Below are positions 32,701-42,994 of a DNA stretch of 64,000 bases, one piece after another. The position numbers and the translations under genes are program-made. Below the pieces are notes generated by a model. The model was not told the origin of the DNA and made no database searches. It saw only the letters and a list, made by a program, of their open reading frames with translations. Position 1 is the stretch's first letter. Each line of letters begins with the position of its first letter. This DNA comes from Fimicolochytrium jonesii (lineage: Eukaryota), in contig NW_026515669.1 of NCBI RefSeq assembly GCF_025526975.1, positions 1,612,001-1,676,000 on the forward strand, read 5' to 3'.

Positions 32701-33120
32701 ATGGCTCGTATCACCAAGTCCAAGGTCGCTAAACGTCCCACGTTCAAGTCAAAGAAGCCCGCTGAGCTTGTTCAGTACCACCTCAACAGCATTTCGCACC
32801 TTATTGTCAAACGCTATTACAACGACAAGACGGGAGTGTTTTATCTCGGCCCTGATAGGAACAAATTCAATTACGTGTCCCAGAAGACCAAGTATCACGT
32901 TGACGGCTTGCGTAAACTCATTAACTGCTGTGTCTTTGAAGCGAATCGACCCGAAGAGGAAACTTGTACTTGCAGGAATACGCGCAAGTGTCTTCTTGAA
33001 GCACTTGGTGACCTCGTTGAATTTGCGCAAAAGGCCACCGATGATGAACTTCAAGTGAAACTGCAGAACTGTCGCCAAATTGCCATGTCATGCATGGTTA
33101 CCAATAGACAAGTCGTTTGA
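32701..33120 (+). CDS. Viral hypothetical protein
   Basis: 139-aa ATG ORF downstream of a TATA-like motif, followed by an AT-rich AATAAA region. Confidence 0.6.
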   Translation: MARITKSKVAKRPTFKSKKPAELVQYHLNSISHLIVKRYYNDKTGVFYLGPDRNKFNYVSQKTKYHVDGLRKLINCCVFEANRPEEETCTCRNTRKCLLEALGDLVEFAQKATDDELQVKLQNCRQIAMSCMVTNRQVV

Positions 33121-33223
33121 ACAAATATGCTTTGTAATACATTCGTTTTAAATCCAATAAATATTTTTCGTTTAAAGAGGAAGACATATACACTATCATT
33201 CGCAATACATTCGCAATATCATC

Positions 33224-33481
33224 TCATTCATCGTTTAAGATTTGTCGCGCCTTCGTCAGTGTCTCATAGATGTCTAGTAGGAGTTGCTCAATGATTTGCA
33301 GCTCTTTCTGCAAGTTATCATTCCATGAGAAGTTGGACTTCAGCCGTTGCAGCTCTTTCCACATGGCGTAGAATGCGTCTTCAAGTTGCTGTAGTTCTTT
33401 CATTCGACTTATAAGAAGCAAAGAACTAAAGTAATCTAAATGGTGAAAATTAGGACACTTGAGGGTATTACCATTATCCAA
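33224..33481 (-). CDS. Small coiled-coil viral protein (may start at MKELQQ)
   Basis: Leucine heptad pattern. Confidence 0.45.
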   Translation of the reverse strand: MDNGNTLKCPNFHHLDYFSSLLLISRMKELQQLEDAFYAMWKELQRLKSNFSWNDNLQKELQIIEQLLLDIYETLTKARQILNDE

Positions 33482-33769
33482 TTGCCATGTTCAGACAGAC
33501 GAGCCCTGTGTCGGTTGCTGGAAAGCGTCCGTGGCAAATCAAACCAGATGGTCTATGTGAAGCGTGACGAGACGAACAGTGAACTTTTCCGAACGATATA
33601 TGAAATTTGTACAAATAGAAAGCCAAAATTCAAAAAAGCGTTTCTCTTTGGGAATGGTTACCTCGGCCTCTGTTGGAGTAAAGACAGAGGCAGTCGCATT
33701 ATCGTGGGCAGTGATATAAACCGGCAACACAGCATCCTTGAAGTGATTTTTGGAGAACCGCCGACCTAG
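33440..33769 (+). CDS. Viral hypothetical protein
   Basis: 109-aa ORF abutting the stop of the fibre gene. Confidence 0.4.
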   Translation: MVKIRTLEGITIIQLPCSDRRALCRLLESVRGKSNQMVYVKRDETNSELFRTIYEICTNRKPKFKKAFLFGNGYLGLCWSKDRGSRIIVGSDINRQHSILEVIFGEPPT

Positions 33770-36700
33770 TAGCACTGTGTCCAAAAATTGAGGTATGAAT
33801 TAGACAACGTTATAGATGTTGGTATGACAATTCGTGCGCTCAATTGAGTATTCGTCGAAGAGAACAGCAACGGCACTTGGAAACTGAACGGGTACCTAGT
33901 ATTATACGTATTTATATCACAGTAGTATGACACTCCTCTACTAGCCACTACAGTAGAAGATTGGTCCAATATCTGAACGGTAATCGTAACGCGTGAATTA
34001 TTCGAATTCATATATCCCATAAAGGAAACATGGGCTACCACTCCGGACATCCCGACTTTCCAATTTATGGGAGAAAAACCTCCTGTATACCCATTTCCAT
34101 TTGTTAACAACGCATCTACAACACCGTCTTTGATGCAAACTGCAGATTGAATGATTTGTGAAGCATAGATGTTCGTACTACAAGTCAAATCATTCTTTAC
34201 CAAAGCTGTTGTATTACATGTCATGGAATTTACCGTTGCTGAACCACTTGATGAAACGGTTCCCGTAGTCAACGCACCGGAAACATCTATAGTGTTTGCA
34301 GAAGCGGTGACAAGGGTTGCTTTTGGAACAGCCTGATTGAACTGAATCTGGCGGATTGCACATCCTCCACTTGTGGTTTGATTGGCATATGCCCATGCGA
34401 TGCCCCATACTACATAAGGCGTGGTGTTTGCAAAACTAAATGAGTTTCCATCAGTGGTCCAAGTAGAACCAGGTATATTCAACGTTGCAATGGTTACCAT
34501 AGCGGACTCGGTAGTTCCGGCAATCACGGAGAACGTAGTAGGCATCGCCACGGCGTCCATCAGGTAGGCGGTGAGTTTGATTGAACTCATAGCAATGGCC
34601 GACGGGAGTCTCAATAAAGAGTAATGAAGACTTTGTGTTGTTCCATCGAGTCCTAGGTTTGCTGTCGAAGTGCTCGCGGTTGCCCACCGCAGTCTGGAAG
34701 CAATACTTGCATTACTATAACAATCGAAAACATGTCCCGTATATCCATCTACACCGTTTCCGTTTGCATACGTGTATTCGGAAGAACCAATAACTGAATA
34801 CCCGGACCATGATTGACCTGTTGCTGGCGTCTGTGGATATGGAACGAGAGTTGTGACAGAATTTAAGGCAGAAGTTTTCAAGTCCCCGGTCACATTAAGA
34901 TTCGACCCCACATATAGAGATTTCGCTACAGATGCGCCTCCATTCACTACAAGAGCGCCCGATGTATTAGAAGTTGCATCAGAAGTGTTCAAGACCGATA
35001 CAGTACCACTGTTGTTCAGATTTCCCCCAACATATACGTTTTTCGCCACAGAGGCGCCTCCAGACACTTGAAGAGCGCCTGATCCAACTCCTGTGCAATC
35101 GGTTGTGGTAAAGACAGATGCAATACCAGTATTTGTAAAAACTTTGAACCAAGTGGTATTTTCGGCCGAATTCCACACAGAAAAATCTCCTACCACCCGT
35201 AAATCGTCCCATACCCGTACATAAGGGTTAGAACTTTGATTCGGGTCTATGGAGAGAGGACCTGCTGAACCAGATGCAGAAATTATTGCTTGATTTCCGG
35301 TGAAATTCATGTTTCCTGAAACTGACAAACTGCCGATAGAACCGGTGGGAATAACAACCTTCCCCGTTCCATCCACTGTAAGACCTTGTGGTGCATTCCA
35401 TAATCCCAAACCCAACGTGTTTGTCGCAAGACCTGCTCCAGCATAATTGAAGTACAATCTGGCCATATTATTTGTTGCTGCTCCTACTCCAATTTGAAGT
35501 GTTGAGAAACTCCCCGCTGCCAAATTAGGTGTTCCGAGATGCGAAGATACAATAGGGCCACTCGAAGAAATAGTGGAGTATATGGTACCGTTGACGTTCA
35601 AATCTTTACCAATATTGACATTCCCTGCAATACCCGCTCCACCTCTCACCTGAAATGCACCTGAAGTGGTCGAAGTAGAATCTATGGTGGAAAGAATTTG
35701 TACACTGGGGAGGTTAGAGTTGATTATGAAATTGGCATTAGACCCGGAATAGAGAAAAAAGTTCCCAGCATTTGGAGCGGTCGTATTGACTCCTGCGTAA
35801 CCGAATGCTCCCACCGTTGTTCCTGTGTTGTTAACAAAACCGATCGAAGAAAACCCAGATGCTGAAAGACTCTGAAGTTTCAAAACATCTGTTGATGTCG
35901 AGTTTACTTGCAGTGTATGACTCCCAGTGGCCGATGAACCAGCAAATAGAGATTTTCCCACACCTAGACCTCCAGCAACTGTTAGAGCGCCAGTTGTTGT
36001 AGAAGAGGAGTCCGTTGTTGTATTGATTAGAACATTTCCATTTGTCAATATATCAAGGTTTGATACGCCGGGTCCGTTAGCGAATCGAAGGTTTGTCGGT
36101 GAATTATTGTACTGTGCCCGAATTACCATATCGCCAATAGCCGAATTTGAGGAAAAGTACCCTGCTGCTGAAACGTTGCCCGTTATGCTGCTTCCAAATG
36201 TGGGTGTGGACACCGAACCGTTGTACCAAAAGATACTTTGATTTGACCCGACAAAACTCGCATCACTTCCTACCGTCAATTTCTTGGCGATACCAACACC
36301 TCCGGCGACCTGTAAAGCCCCTGTTGTTATACCATTCGAATCAGTTGTCGAATTGATATTTAATGCGTTTGTTGCCACATTCACCGTTAACGCAAGATTT
36401 GCGGCAGTATTGTTGTATAAGCCGAAATTATTAGTTCCAAGGCCACTAGTTTGGCCTATATGCCACAAAGTCCAACCTCCACCGTTTGAGTTTATAAGAC
36501 CTACAGAAGGTCCATTTCCGGCTGTAGATTCTTTTATGATTCCATATCCACCGACGTATAATGATTTAGCGATACCAACGCCGCCTGCAACTTGGAGAGA
36601 ACCAGCATTTATAGCGTTGGAGTCAAGAGTAGAAGTAACTACAGTCGATGCAGCGTTATTTATATTCAAAGTCTGTCCTGTTGTGGTATTCAGGTTCGCT

Positions 36701-39700
36701 GTTGTTCCTCCTAGGAATACGGTGCCGCCAACCACCACACTTTTCCCCACACCAACTCCTCCAACAACTTGGAGCGCACCTGATGTGGTCGAGGTAGAAT
36801 CAGTCGTTCCGGCAATTTGAACATTGGATAAGTTCGCATTTCCACCAACATTCAGAGATGATAGAGTTCCAACGATTGTAATTTGAGGCTGAGCAGGATT
36901 TACGCTAAAGGCGTTTCCAGTTCGTGTCAATCCTGTTCCAGCACTAAGAAGCGTATCAACATAAATCTTATTTGTAAGATGATTTGCTAAGGTCGGTGCT
37001 GTTGAGACGACAGCGTTTCCTGACACCGTGACATCTCCAGCAATATTTGCTGTTCCACCGACGCTCAATGATGATAGGGTCCCAAGAGATGTTATACCTG
37101 TTTGACTAGCATTAACGCTGAAAACGTTTCCTGTTTTTGTCAATCCCGTTCCAGCAGTTGAGACTAAACCATCTACATAGGATTTCAAGGCGACAGTTCC
37201 GTCAATGTTGGCATATGGAAGGACAGTTGTTCCAACATCGTTTGCTAAATCTATAGAATTCTTCAATGCAATCGAGCCTAAACCCAAAGCCGTCCTAGAT
37301 GCTGATGGAGGCGTACTGATATAATTCGTTCCATCTCCTACAAGGAAATTGTTGAGAGTGGCGGTGCTCGAAGAAATAGCAGTCAATTTTCCATTTAGCG
37401 GTTGCGCTCCCGTTTGCGTTGTAGAAATCAATCCATCCACATATGATTTTGTCACAGCATGCGAAGCCGTGGTTGGAGTAGGTACGGTTATTGACCCTGT
37501 AAATGTGCTAGAACCAGAAACGGTGAGACCCGTCAAAGTCCCAACACTTGTAATTTGTGTTTGGACAGGATTGACACTTAAAGTCTGACCAGTTTTAGTC
37601 AAACCGGTTCCAGCAAGCACAATGTTCGGGTCAATACTTCCAACAGGAAGAATACCGGTGACATCTGCGCTTGCAAGATTGATAACGGATTTAGCAGCCA
37701 AACTGCCAAGCGAAGGCTTGTTTGTCAGTAAAGCCGAAGTGTAATCTATACTACTCAGTGCTGCAAGTGAACCAAGCGAAGGCTTGTTTGTAAGTAAAGC
37801 CGAAGTGTAATCGATACTGCTAAGTGCTGCAAGTGAGCCAAGAGTTGGCTTTCCAGTAATGTACGTCGAAGCATAGTCGATGCTATTCAGCGCAGCGAGA
37901 CTGCCAAGGACAGGTTTATTCACCAACGCCGAACTTGTGTAATCTAATGTATCAAGCAAACTTAAATTCTTCAAGGACAAGTTCGCACGAACATCTGCAG
38001 GACTATATTGAATGAAGTTGCCGCCGCTTGCGATAAGCATGTACGTGTTTGTCGGTGCTATATTTGCGAAGTTTGTCAGACGAGCATTAAGGGGTTGATA
38101 CGTCGTGGCTGCATTTGCTACGGTGAGGTAGTTGTTCAAAGTAGGACTGCTGATGCTTCCCGCTGTTAAAGTATTTGTAACATTCAATGTACCAAGCGTT
38201 CCTACTGTTGTTATGGCTCCCGAGTTGAAGCTAATCGAATTACTCGTGTCTCTAGAGAAGACAGGTCCGATAAAGGTCAGCTTCTTCTCGTAGACAGAGA
38301 GGTCTGGAGTGCCGGTTAACCTTGTGTATGGAATGGTATCTGTCTTTGCAACTTTGCTGTCGATAGAGGTTTGCAGTAAGGCATTAGTGTCTCCTATAAC
38401 ATTCATGTATGCCGGTTGTATAATCTCGCTATCGTATTGCCGCAAAAGAGACAGCGATATCGCAGTCTGAGGAACCTCATTTTTGATTCCTTTGAACGAA
38501 CAGGGTGGAATGTCATCAAGCAGCAAACGTGTTACATCACACGATGTGTCATCAGTCTTGGGGAAAGTCGCTATAATCACTTGACTTCCGTTTGGGTCTG
38601 GCAATGGGTTGCCGTTGGAGTCTACTACATTGTTGCCATTCGCATCTTTCTGGTTTTTTCTCTCTCGCCCTGACACAGCGATGAATCCCCCTAAGATGCC
38701 GGCTGCTGCTGCCGGTCCTCCGAGCAGTCCTCCTACGGCACCGATAGCAGATGTGGCGAATGGAGCGCCTGCAGCGGGTCCGATGAGCCCCACCGCTCCT
38801 CCTAAGATTGAGGAAAGCGGTCCGGTCACAGATACAGCAGGGTTTGTCCCAGATGCAGTGAGGGGGTCACTCTCCCCAGATGGGTTCGAGTCCTCATTTT
38901 TCTCTTCAGGGTCATCGCTCTCTTTACGGTTTTTGTAGGGCTGTATGGAGCTGATATTGAACCCGGTTTCTTCCGAACCGACAACAAGAATGCCCGACCC
39001 GCCCGTAATCACTAACGGCTGTTTAGCGATGTTGAACTCCTTATCCCCTCCCGTCACAATGATAGGCAAAGCCGCAGTGATAACAGTCGGGGTTTCGGGT
39101 TCAGGCTGATAAGTGCAACTAATGGTAGACCCAGATATAGAGATGTTGTTCCCCGCCGTATAAGCTCCGGCGATGTTGTTTCCAGTTACGGAGACACCGT
39201 TGCTGCCCGTATAAGCCCCTTTAACAGAGTTGCCCGTGACCGTTACAGTTGAATCACCAGCCTGCAAATCTAGCTGCAAGTCGTTCTCTACTCGCTTCAC
39301 GCCGTTCGATGCGGTCAGCTGCTCCCCGAATGTATTGTTACCATCGAATGTAATGGCCCCGCTTACAGATGGAGCGAGTTTGACCTGGTTTTGATTTTCA
39401 ATCTTCAAACCGCCGTTGACTGGTTGAAACGTCAAACCTATCGCCAATTTGTCGTTCACTACTCGTATCCCTTTGTTATCCACAATTGCGGAAGGGTTGA
39501 CTCCAAGATTTTGTGAAGAGTCAATTGCTAAGCTCGCATCCGTTCTCACATCGATAGTACGTCTTCCGTTACTCACGCTAGAGATGTCTATACCTGAACC
39601 TGCTTGATAAAGCTGCTCCACATACGCAGTCGACGGTACTTGATTGTTATCAGGGTCGAAGTCAGTGTTCACATACATATGAGGGGCATGCAATTCATTC

Positions 39701-40767
39701 AGAGTCTCATTGTAATAAAATGAAGAATCTCCATTGAATCCGCTCAAAGCAGAGTAGTAAGGAATCTGCCCCATACCTTTGGAACGTATAGCAAGCTTGT
39801 TGCCAGACTGTTGGAAATCGTCTGAAGTTTTCAAGCGAATGACGGTCGTATCAATATCAGTGTCATCTCCTAGAAAATCTGCAATGCTATCGAAGCCTTC
39901 TTGGAGCACATCTTCGAGCAAGATACTTGAACCTTTATCATTGGAAATGGCTCCACGTCCCACGATTACAGTGTCAACATCAGTCTGTAAGGCCCCGCTA
40001 TCATCGAGTTTCAATCCCTTTCCGGTATCGAGGAGAATGTGACCGGTTGTATCGTCTTTCCTCAGAGGTCTGTCCACAACAAGTTTTTGATCGATCAAAC
40101 TCTCTACATTTTCGCTGGCCACCGAGAGTCCTTCGCTAGTAACTGTCAAAGTACTGTCATGCTGCAGCCCTAAGCCACCCACGTCACGCGTAACTGGAAA
40201 TTCAACATCTTCCCTTACCACACTCAGCTTATCACTCTTCACTGTAAGTGACGAGTCCGTGAGAAGTTTCAACCCATTAGAATCCCTTGCAAGAGGACTA
40301 TTGATATCCTCTTTTTCAGGGAAGACGACGCTAAGCAAACCATCATCGGTCTGTTTAAGGGAATCATCGTGGAAAAGCGTGATACCATCTTGTGACACGC
40401 CCAAAGGCAAATCCGTGATAACAGCCGCTGTCCTTGAAGCGGCATCATATGTCAGTGGGAACTCATAGTTGTTTTCCTTTGTTGCAAGCTTCCCGTTCTT
40501 CACTTTCAAGTCCGTTTCATCTATCTTCAAGTCAATCGTTGCGATTCCTTTGTCGGTCTTTACCTCAAGCGGCTCTGTTGCTTTCACATCATTAACAAGG
40601 AAATCTCCATTTTCATTCGCAACTCGATTGAACCTTGCTGAATCGAATCCGCTTATCGCAACACTGTCTCCATTCGCTCGAAGGCTGTTTGTCACGAGAG
40701 GGGAGACTAAGTTAGTTCTCTCTAAAGTCCTAATACCCGAACTAGTTCGGCTATTGAGATTACTCAT
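33766..40767 (-). CDS. Giant fibre/tail-fibre-like virion protein
   Basis: 2333 aa, G/S/T/N-rich; shaft-like PL..D..L.V repeats; xKSYVD motifs; AGTGLT(K/R)TG x3; TxD..S..GALQVxGG x7; 22-aa tandem repeats. Confidence 0.8.
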   Translation of the reverse strand: MSNLNSRTSSGIRTLERTNLVSPLVTNSLRANGDSVAISGFDSARFNRVANENGDFLVNDVKATEPLEVKTDKGIATIDLKIDETDLKVKNGKLATKENNYEFPLTYDAASRTAAVITDLPLGVSQDGITLFHDDSLKQTDDGLLSVVFPEKEDINSPLARDSNGLKLLTDSSLTVKSDKLSVVREDVEFPVTRDVGGLGLQHDSTLTVTSEGLSVASENVESLIDQKLVVDRPLRKDDTTGHILLDTGKGLKLDDSGALQTDVDTVIVGRGAISNDKGSSILLEDVLQEGFDSIADFLGDDTDIDTTVIRLKTSDDFQQSGNKLAIRSKGMGQIPYYSALSGFNGDSSFYYNETLNELHAPHMYVNTDFDPDNNQVPSTAYVEQLYQAGSGIDISSVSNGRRTIDVRTDASLAIDSSQNLGVNPSAIVDNKGIRVVNDKLAIGLTFQPVNGGLKIENQNQVKLAPSVSGAITFDGNNTFGEQLTASNGVKRVENDLQLDLQAGDSTVTVTGNSVKGAYTGSNGVSVTGNNIAGAYTAGNNISISGSTISCTYQPEPETPTVITAALPIIVTGGDKEFNIAKQPLVITGGSGILVVGSEETGFNISSIQPYKNRKESDDPEEKNEDSNPSGESDPLTASGTNPAVSVTGPLSSILGGAVGLIGPAAGAPFATSAIGAVGGLLGGPAAAAGILGGFIAVSGRERKNQKDANGNNVVDSNGNPLPDPNGSQVIIATFPKTDDTSCDVTRLLLDDIPPCSFKGIKNEVPQTAISLSLLRQYDSEIIQPAYMNVIGDTNALLQTSIDSKVAKTDTIPYTRLTGTPDLSVYEKKLTFIGPVFSRDTSNSISFNSGAITTVGTLGTLNVTNTLTAGSISSPTLNNYLTVANAATTYQPLNARLTNFANIAPTNTYMLIASGGNFIQYSPADVRANLSLKNLSLLDTLDYTSSALVNKPVLGSLAALNSIDYASTYITGKPTLGSLAALSSIDYTSALLTNKPSLGSLAALSSIDYTSALLTNKPSLGSLAAKSVINLASADVTGILPVGSIDPNIVLAGTGLTKTGQTLSVNPVQTQITSVGTLTGLTVSGSSTFTGSITVPTPTTASHAVTKSYVDGLISTTQTGAQPLNGKLTAISSSTATLNNFLVGDGTNYISTPPSASRTALGLGSIALKNSIDLANDVGTTVLPYANIDGTVALKSYVDGLVSTAGTGLTKTGNVFSVNASQTGITSLGTLSSLSVGGTANIAGDVTVSGNAVVSTAPTLANHLTNKIYVDTLLSAGTGLTRTGNAFSVNPAQPQITIVGTLSSLNVGGNANLSNVQIAGTTDSTSTTSGALQVVGGVGVGKSVVVGGTVFLGGTTANLNTTTGQTLNINNAASTVVTSTLDSNAINAGSLQVAGGVGIAKSLYVGGYGIIKESTAGNGPSVGLINSNGGGWTLWHIGQTSGLGTNNFGLYNNTAANLALTVNVATNALNINSTTDSNGITTGALQVAGGVGIAKKLTVGSDASFVGSNQSIFWYNGSVSTPTFGSSITGNVSAAGYFSSNSAIGDMVIRAQYNNSPTNLRFANGPGVSNLDILTNGNVLINTTTDSSSTTTGALTVAGGLGVGKSLFAGSSATGSHTLQVNSTSTDVLKLQSLSASGFSSIGFVNNTGTTVGAFGYAGVNTTAPNAGNFFLYSGSNANFIINSNLPSVQILSTIDSTSTTSGAFQVRGGAGIAGNVNIGKDLNVNGTIYSTISSSGPIVSSHLGTPNLAAGSFSTLQIGVGAATNNMARLYFNYAGAGLATNTLGLGLWNAPQGLTVDGTGKVVIPTGSIGSLSVSGNMNFTGNQAIISASGSAGPLSIDPNQSSNPYVRVWDDLRVVGDFSVWNSAENTTWFKVFTNTGIASVFTTTDCTGVGSGALQVSGGASVAKNVYVGGNLNNSGTVSVLNTSDATSNTSGALVVNGGASVAKSLYVGSNLNVTGDLKTSALNSVTTLVPYPQTPATGQSWSGYSVIGSSEYTYANGNGVDGYTGHVFDCYSNASIASRLRWATASTSTANLGLDGTTQSLHYSLLRLPSAIAMSSIKLTAYLMDAVAMPTTFSVIAGTTESAMVTIATLNIPGSTWTTDGNSFSFANTTPYVVWGIAWAYANQTTSGGCAIRQIQFNQAVPKATLVTASANTIDVSGALTTGTVSSSGSATVNSMTCNTTALVKNDLTCSTNIYASQIIQSAVCIKDGVVDALLTNGNGYTGGFSPINWKVGMSGVVAHVSFMGYMNSNNSRVTITVQILDQSSTVVASRGVSYYCDINTYNTRYPFSFQVPLLFSSTNTQLSARIVIPTSITLSNSYLNFWTQCY

Positions 40768-40794
40768 TTTACTAGATTAGAAAGAAAATTTAAC

Positions 40795-41127
40795 TCAAGC
40801 GAGCGGCAGCTGCTGTAAGTGTCCTAAGAACTTGTCACCACCTTTGTGGTATTCCTCGACCTTCTGTAGTCCCAAGTCAGCGAACTGCTGTCCTTTCCTC
40901 GCGGCTTCCTTCACCTTATCATGGAAGATGTCATTCCCTTGAATCCCTTTGTTAACATGGGAAGCGATTGCGTATCCTTTGCGAGTGGCGCCGACGGCCT
41001 TGTCTAAGAAGTTTCTAGCCTTGCCCAAGTTCTGTGGCAGTTCATTGAAGAACGTGCGAGCTTTTCCTTTTGCCTTTTGGAAGAAGCCCATCGTATGTGA
41101 ATGAATTCTTTTTCTTGTATTAATCAC
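40795..41127 (-). CDS. Small basic/amphipathic protein (likely start MGFFQKAK at 41091)
   Basis: Amphipathic helix pattern; lies in the structural cluster. Confidence 0.55.
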   Translation of the reverse strand: MINTRKRIHSHTMGFFQKAKGKARTFFNELPQNLGKARNFLDKAVGATRKGYAIASHVNKGIQGNDIFHDKVKEAARKGQQFADLGLQKVEEYHKGGDKFLGHLQQLPLA

Positions 41128-41141
41128 AAGAAGATAAATTC

Positions 41142-42620
41142 ATGCCTCTCATATTCGATGATAGGCAAGCGGCCCTGCCCACCACAACGTTCCCAAGCCC
41201 GCCGGTGTTGAATATCCATACGAAACAGTTTGGATACATTCAAGGGCGCCCAAACGAAACCTTTGATCGAGCTTTCCACACCCGTTTCTTCGTGCCTGGA
41301 AAAGGAAACGTAAAAGATGTCTTCACCACCAGACAAACATTGGACCAGCCCTTCACACTTCGAGCAGCAGAATATGAGAGCCAAGTCGCAAAGGACGCTG
41401 TAACGGCGCTTCATGCCATCGACAAAGTGCGCGCAAAACAGGCTTACTTCGACGAACTAGACAAGGACAACATTTTTCCACGCCGTGGTCGTTCCGTGCA
41501 ACTTACACAGACGGTTGCCTCCAAAGACAATGGTAACGGGTCTACTACAATCTTCCATCAGCCGTCGTACATTCGAGCACAACAGAACCAGTTCATAGGA
41601 GATGATGTGAAGAACGTGAAAATCGAGGGTAATGACCACTTGCCCGATAAGGCAAACATGGAAGAAAAGTACACAATCTTAGGTGATAACAAGGTCGTCA
41701 CAAAGATGAACGACCGTGAGACTATGACTGATGAAGTCGGGAGGATTGGAGCGGCCTCTCGATTCGCTATGAGTAACGGCTCCACTCAAACGGATATTCC
41801 TTTCCACCGAGTCCGTGACATGAGAACCGTCACGACTCAGAGCAACATTCCCGATTTGGACTCTGATACTTTGGATTTGATTTTTGCACATGGTGGAAAG
41901 TTCACCCATTTCATCGATGGAGTTAAACATGCGAATGAAACTCTTCAAACTCAATTAAGGAGTCAAGAGGAGCAGCTTGGACGCATGTCGGCTGCTACCA
42001 TGACACAATTTAGACGTATGTTGGAAAGCGTTGGTTTCCAGAACGTACCTGCGACGATGTCCCCCGATGATATGGAGCGACTTCTCAACCAGGTACAGAG
42101 CTTGACGCCCATCGCGCTCACCGAGGCAGCAGCCATGAGAACTTTGATCGAGACTTTGCGAGAGCAGCGCTTCAAGGAACAGAAGGACATAGGGACCCAA
42201 TATTCACCTACTGGGGTTCCAAACGCTGCAAAGCGTAGACCTGAACCCATCATTACTCGAAACCTGTCTCCACAGATGTCTTATAACAGCGCAGGCAGTG
42301 TGAATGAATCTGATATCTTTTCCGCTCGAAGCAAGTCAACCTTGCCGAAGGGTAAAACACCGAGTCCTATGGACCTTGGTACGCCACCACTTGAGCAGTT
42401 CTTCACTGAAGATTTCGGCATTAAACAAGAGTCGAGCGCTGGGTCTTCACCAACTCCTACTCAGAGAGATATTTTCACGGATGACCCCGCTGTTAGGGCT
42501 CCAGAGAATACACCTGCAGCCCCCGTCCGCAAGAAGAAGAAGCCGCGTGTTGGAAAACGCGAGATGCAAGGCTTGAATCCGGAGAATATCAAAAGCGGGC
42601 CAAGGAGCCGAGGTGGTTAA
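41142..42620 (+). CDS. Viral hypothetical protein with basic C-terminus
   Basis: 492-aa ORF with an RKKKKPR NLS-like tail. Confidence 0.7.
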   Translation: MPLIFDDRQAALPTTTFPSPPVLNIHTKQFGYIQGRPNETFDRAFHTRFFVPGKGNVKDVFTTRQTLDQPFTLRAAEYESQVAKDAVTALHAIDKVRAKQAYFDELDKDNIFPRRGRSVQLTQTVASKDNGNGSTTIFHQPSYIRAQQNQFIGDDVKNVKIEGNDHLPDKANMEEKYTILGDNKVVTKMNDRETMTDEVGRIGAASRFAMSNGSTQTDIPFHRVRDMRTVTTQSNIPDLDSDTLDLIFAHGGKFTHFIDGVKHANETLQTQLRSQEEQLGRMSAATMTQFRRMLESVGFQNVPATMSPDDMERLLNQVQSLTPIALTEAAAMRTLIETLREQRFKEQKDIGTQYSPTGVPNAAKRRPEPIITRNLSPQMSYNSAGSVNESDIFSARSKSTLPKGKTPSPMDLGTPPLEQFFTEDFGIKQESSAGSSPTPTQRDIFTDDPAVRAPENTPAAPVRKKKKPRVGKREMQGLNPENIKSGPRSRGG

Positions 42621-42815
42621 ACCCTCGTATTACATTCGATTCGATTGGGGTGCCCGTTATTTCGGGTTTTGATTGTGATAATGTAAAACTAGGAATCTGT
42701 ATATAGAGACTCCTAGTTTTGCATTATTGATATTTTTCCCGAATTTTTAGGTTGCGGCGATGTGATGAAGGTGAAGAACTGCCCGTCACTTTTCCTTACA
42801 ACCACAACTAACATT

Positions 42816-42962
42816 CTAAATCTTCTTCCCAGCCCGTCGCGCCAGAATGAAAGGCAATAGCGCTGGAGGGATAACGCCCTTACGAGGCTTTCCAGTTCGA
42901 GTCTTTGCCGCTCCCTTTGTCAATGCAACAGGTTTGAGGATTCTTTTACGATGCTTGTGCAT
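42816..42962 (-). CDS. 48-aa basic peptide, candidate core protein
   Basis: Hand translation: MHKHRKRILKPVALTKGAAKTRTGKPRKGVIPPALLPFILARRAGKKI; directly downstream of MCP. Confidence 0.45.
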   Translation of the reverse strand: MHKHRKRILKPVALTKGAAKTRTGKPRKGVIPPALLPFILARRAGKKI

Positions 42963-42994
42963 ACTTGGTTCTAATCATTACATTCGAAAATAAC

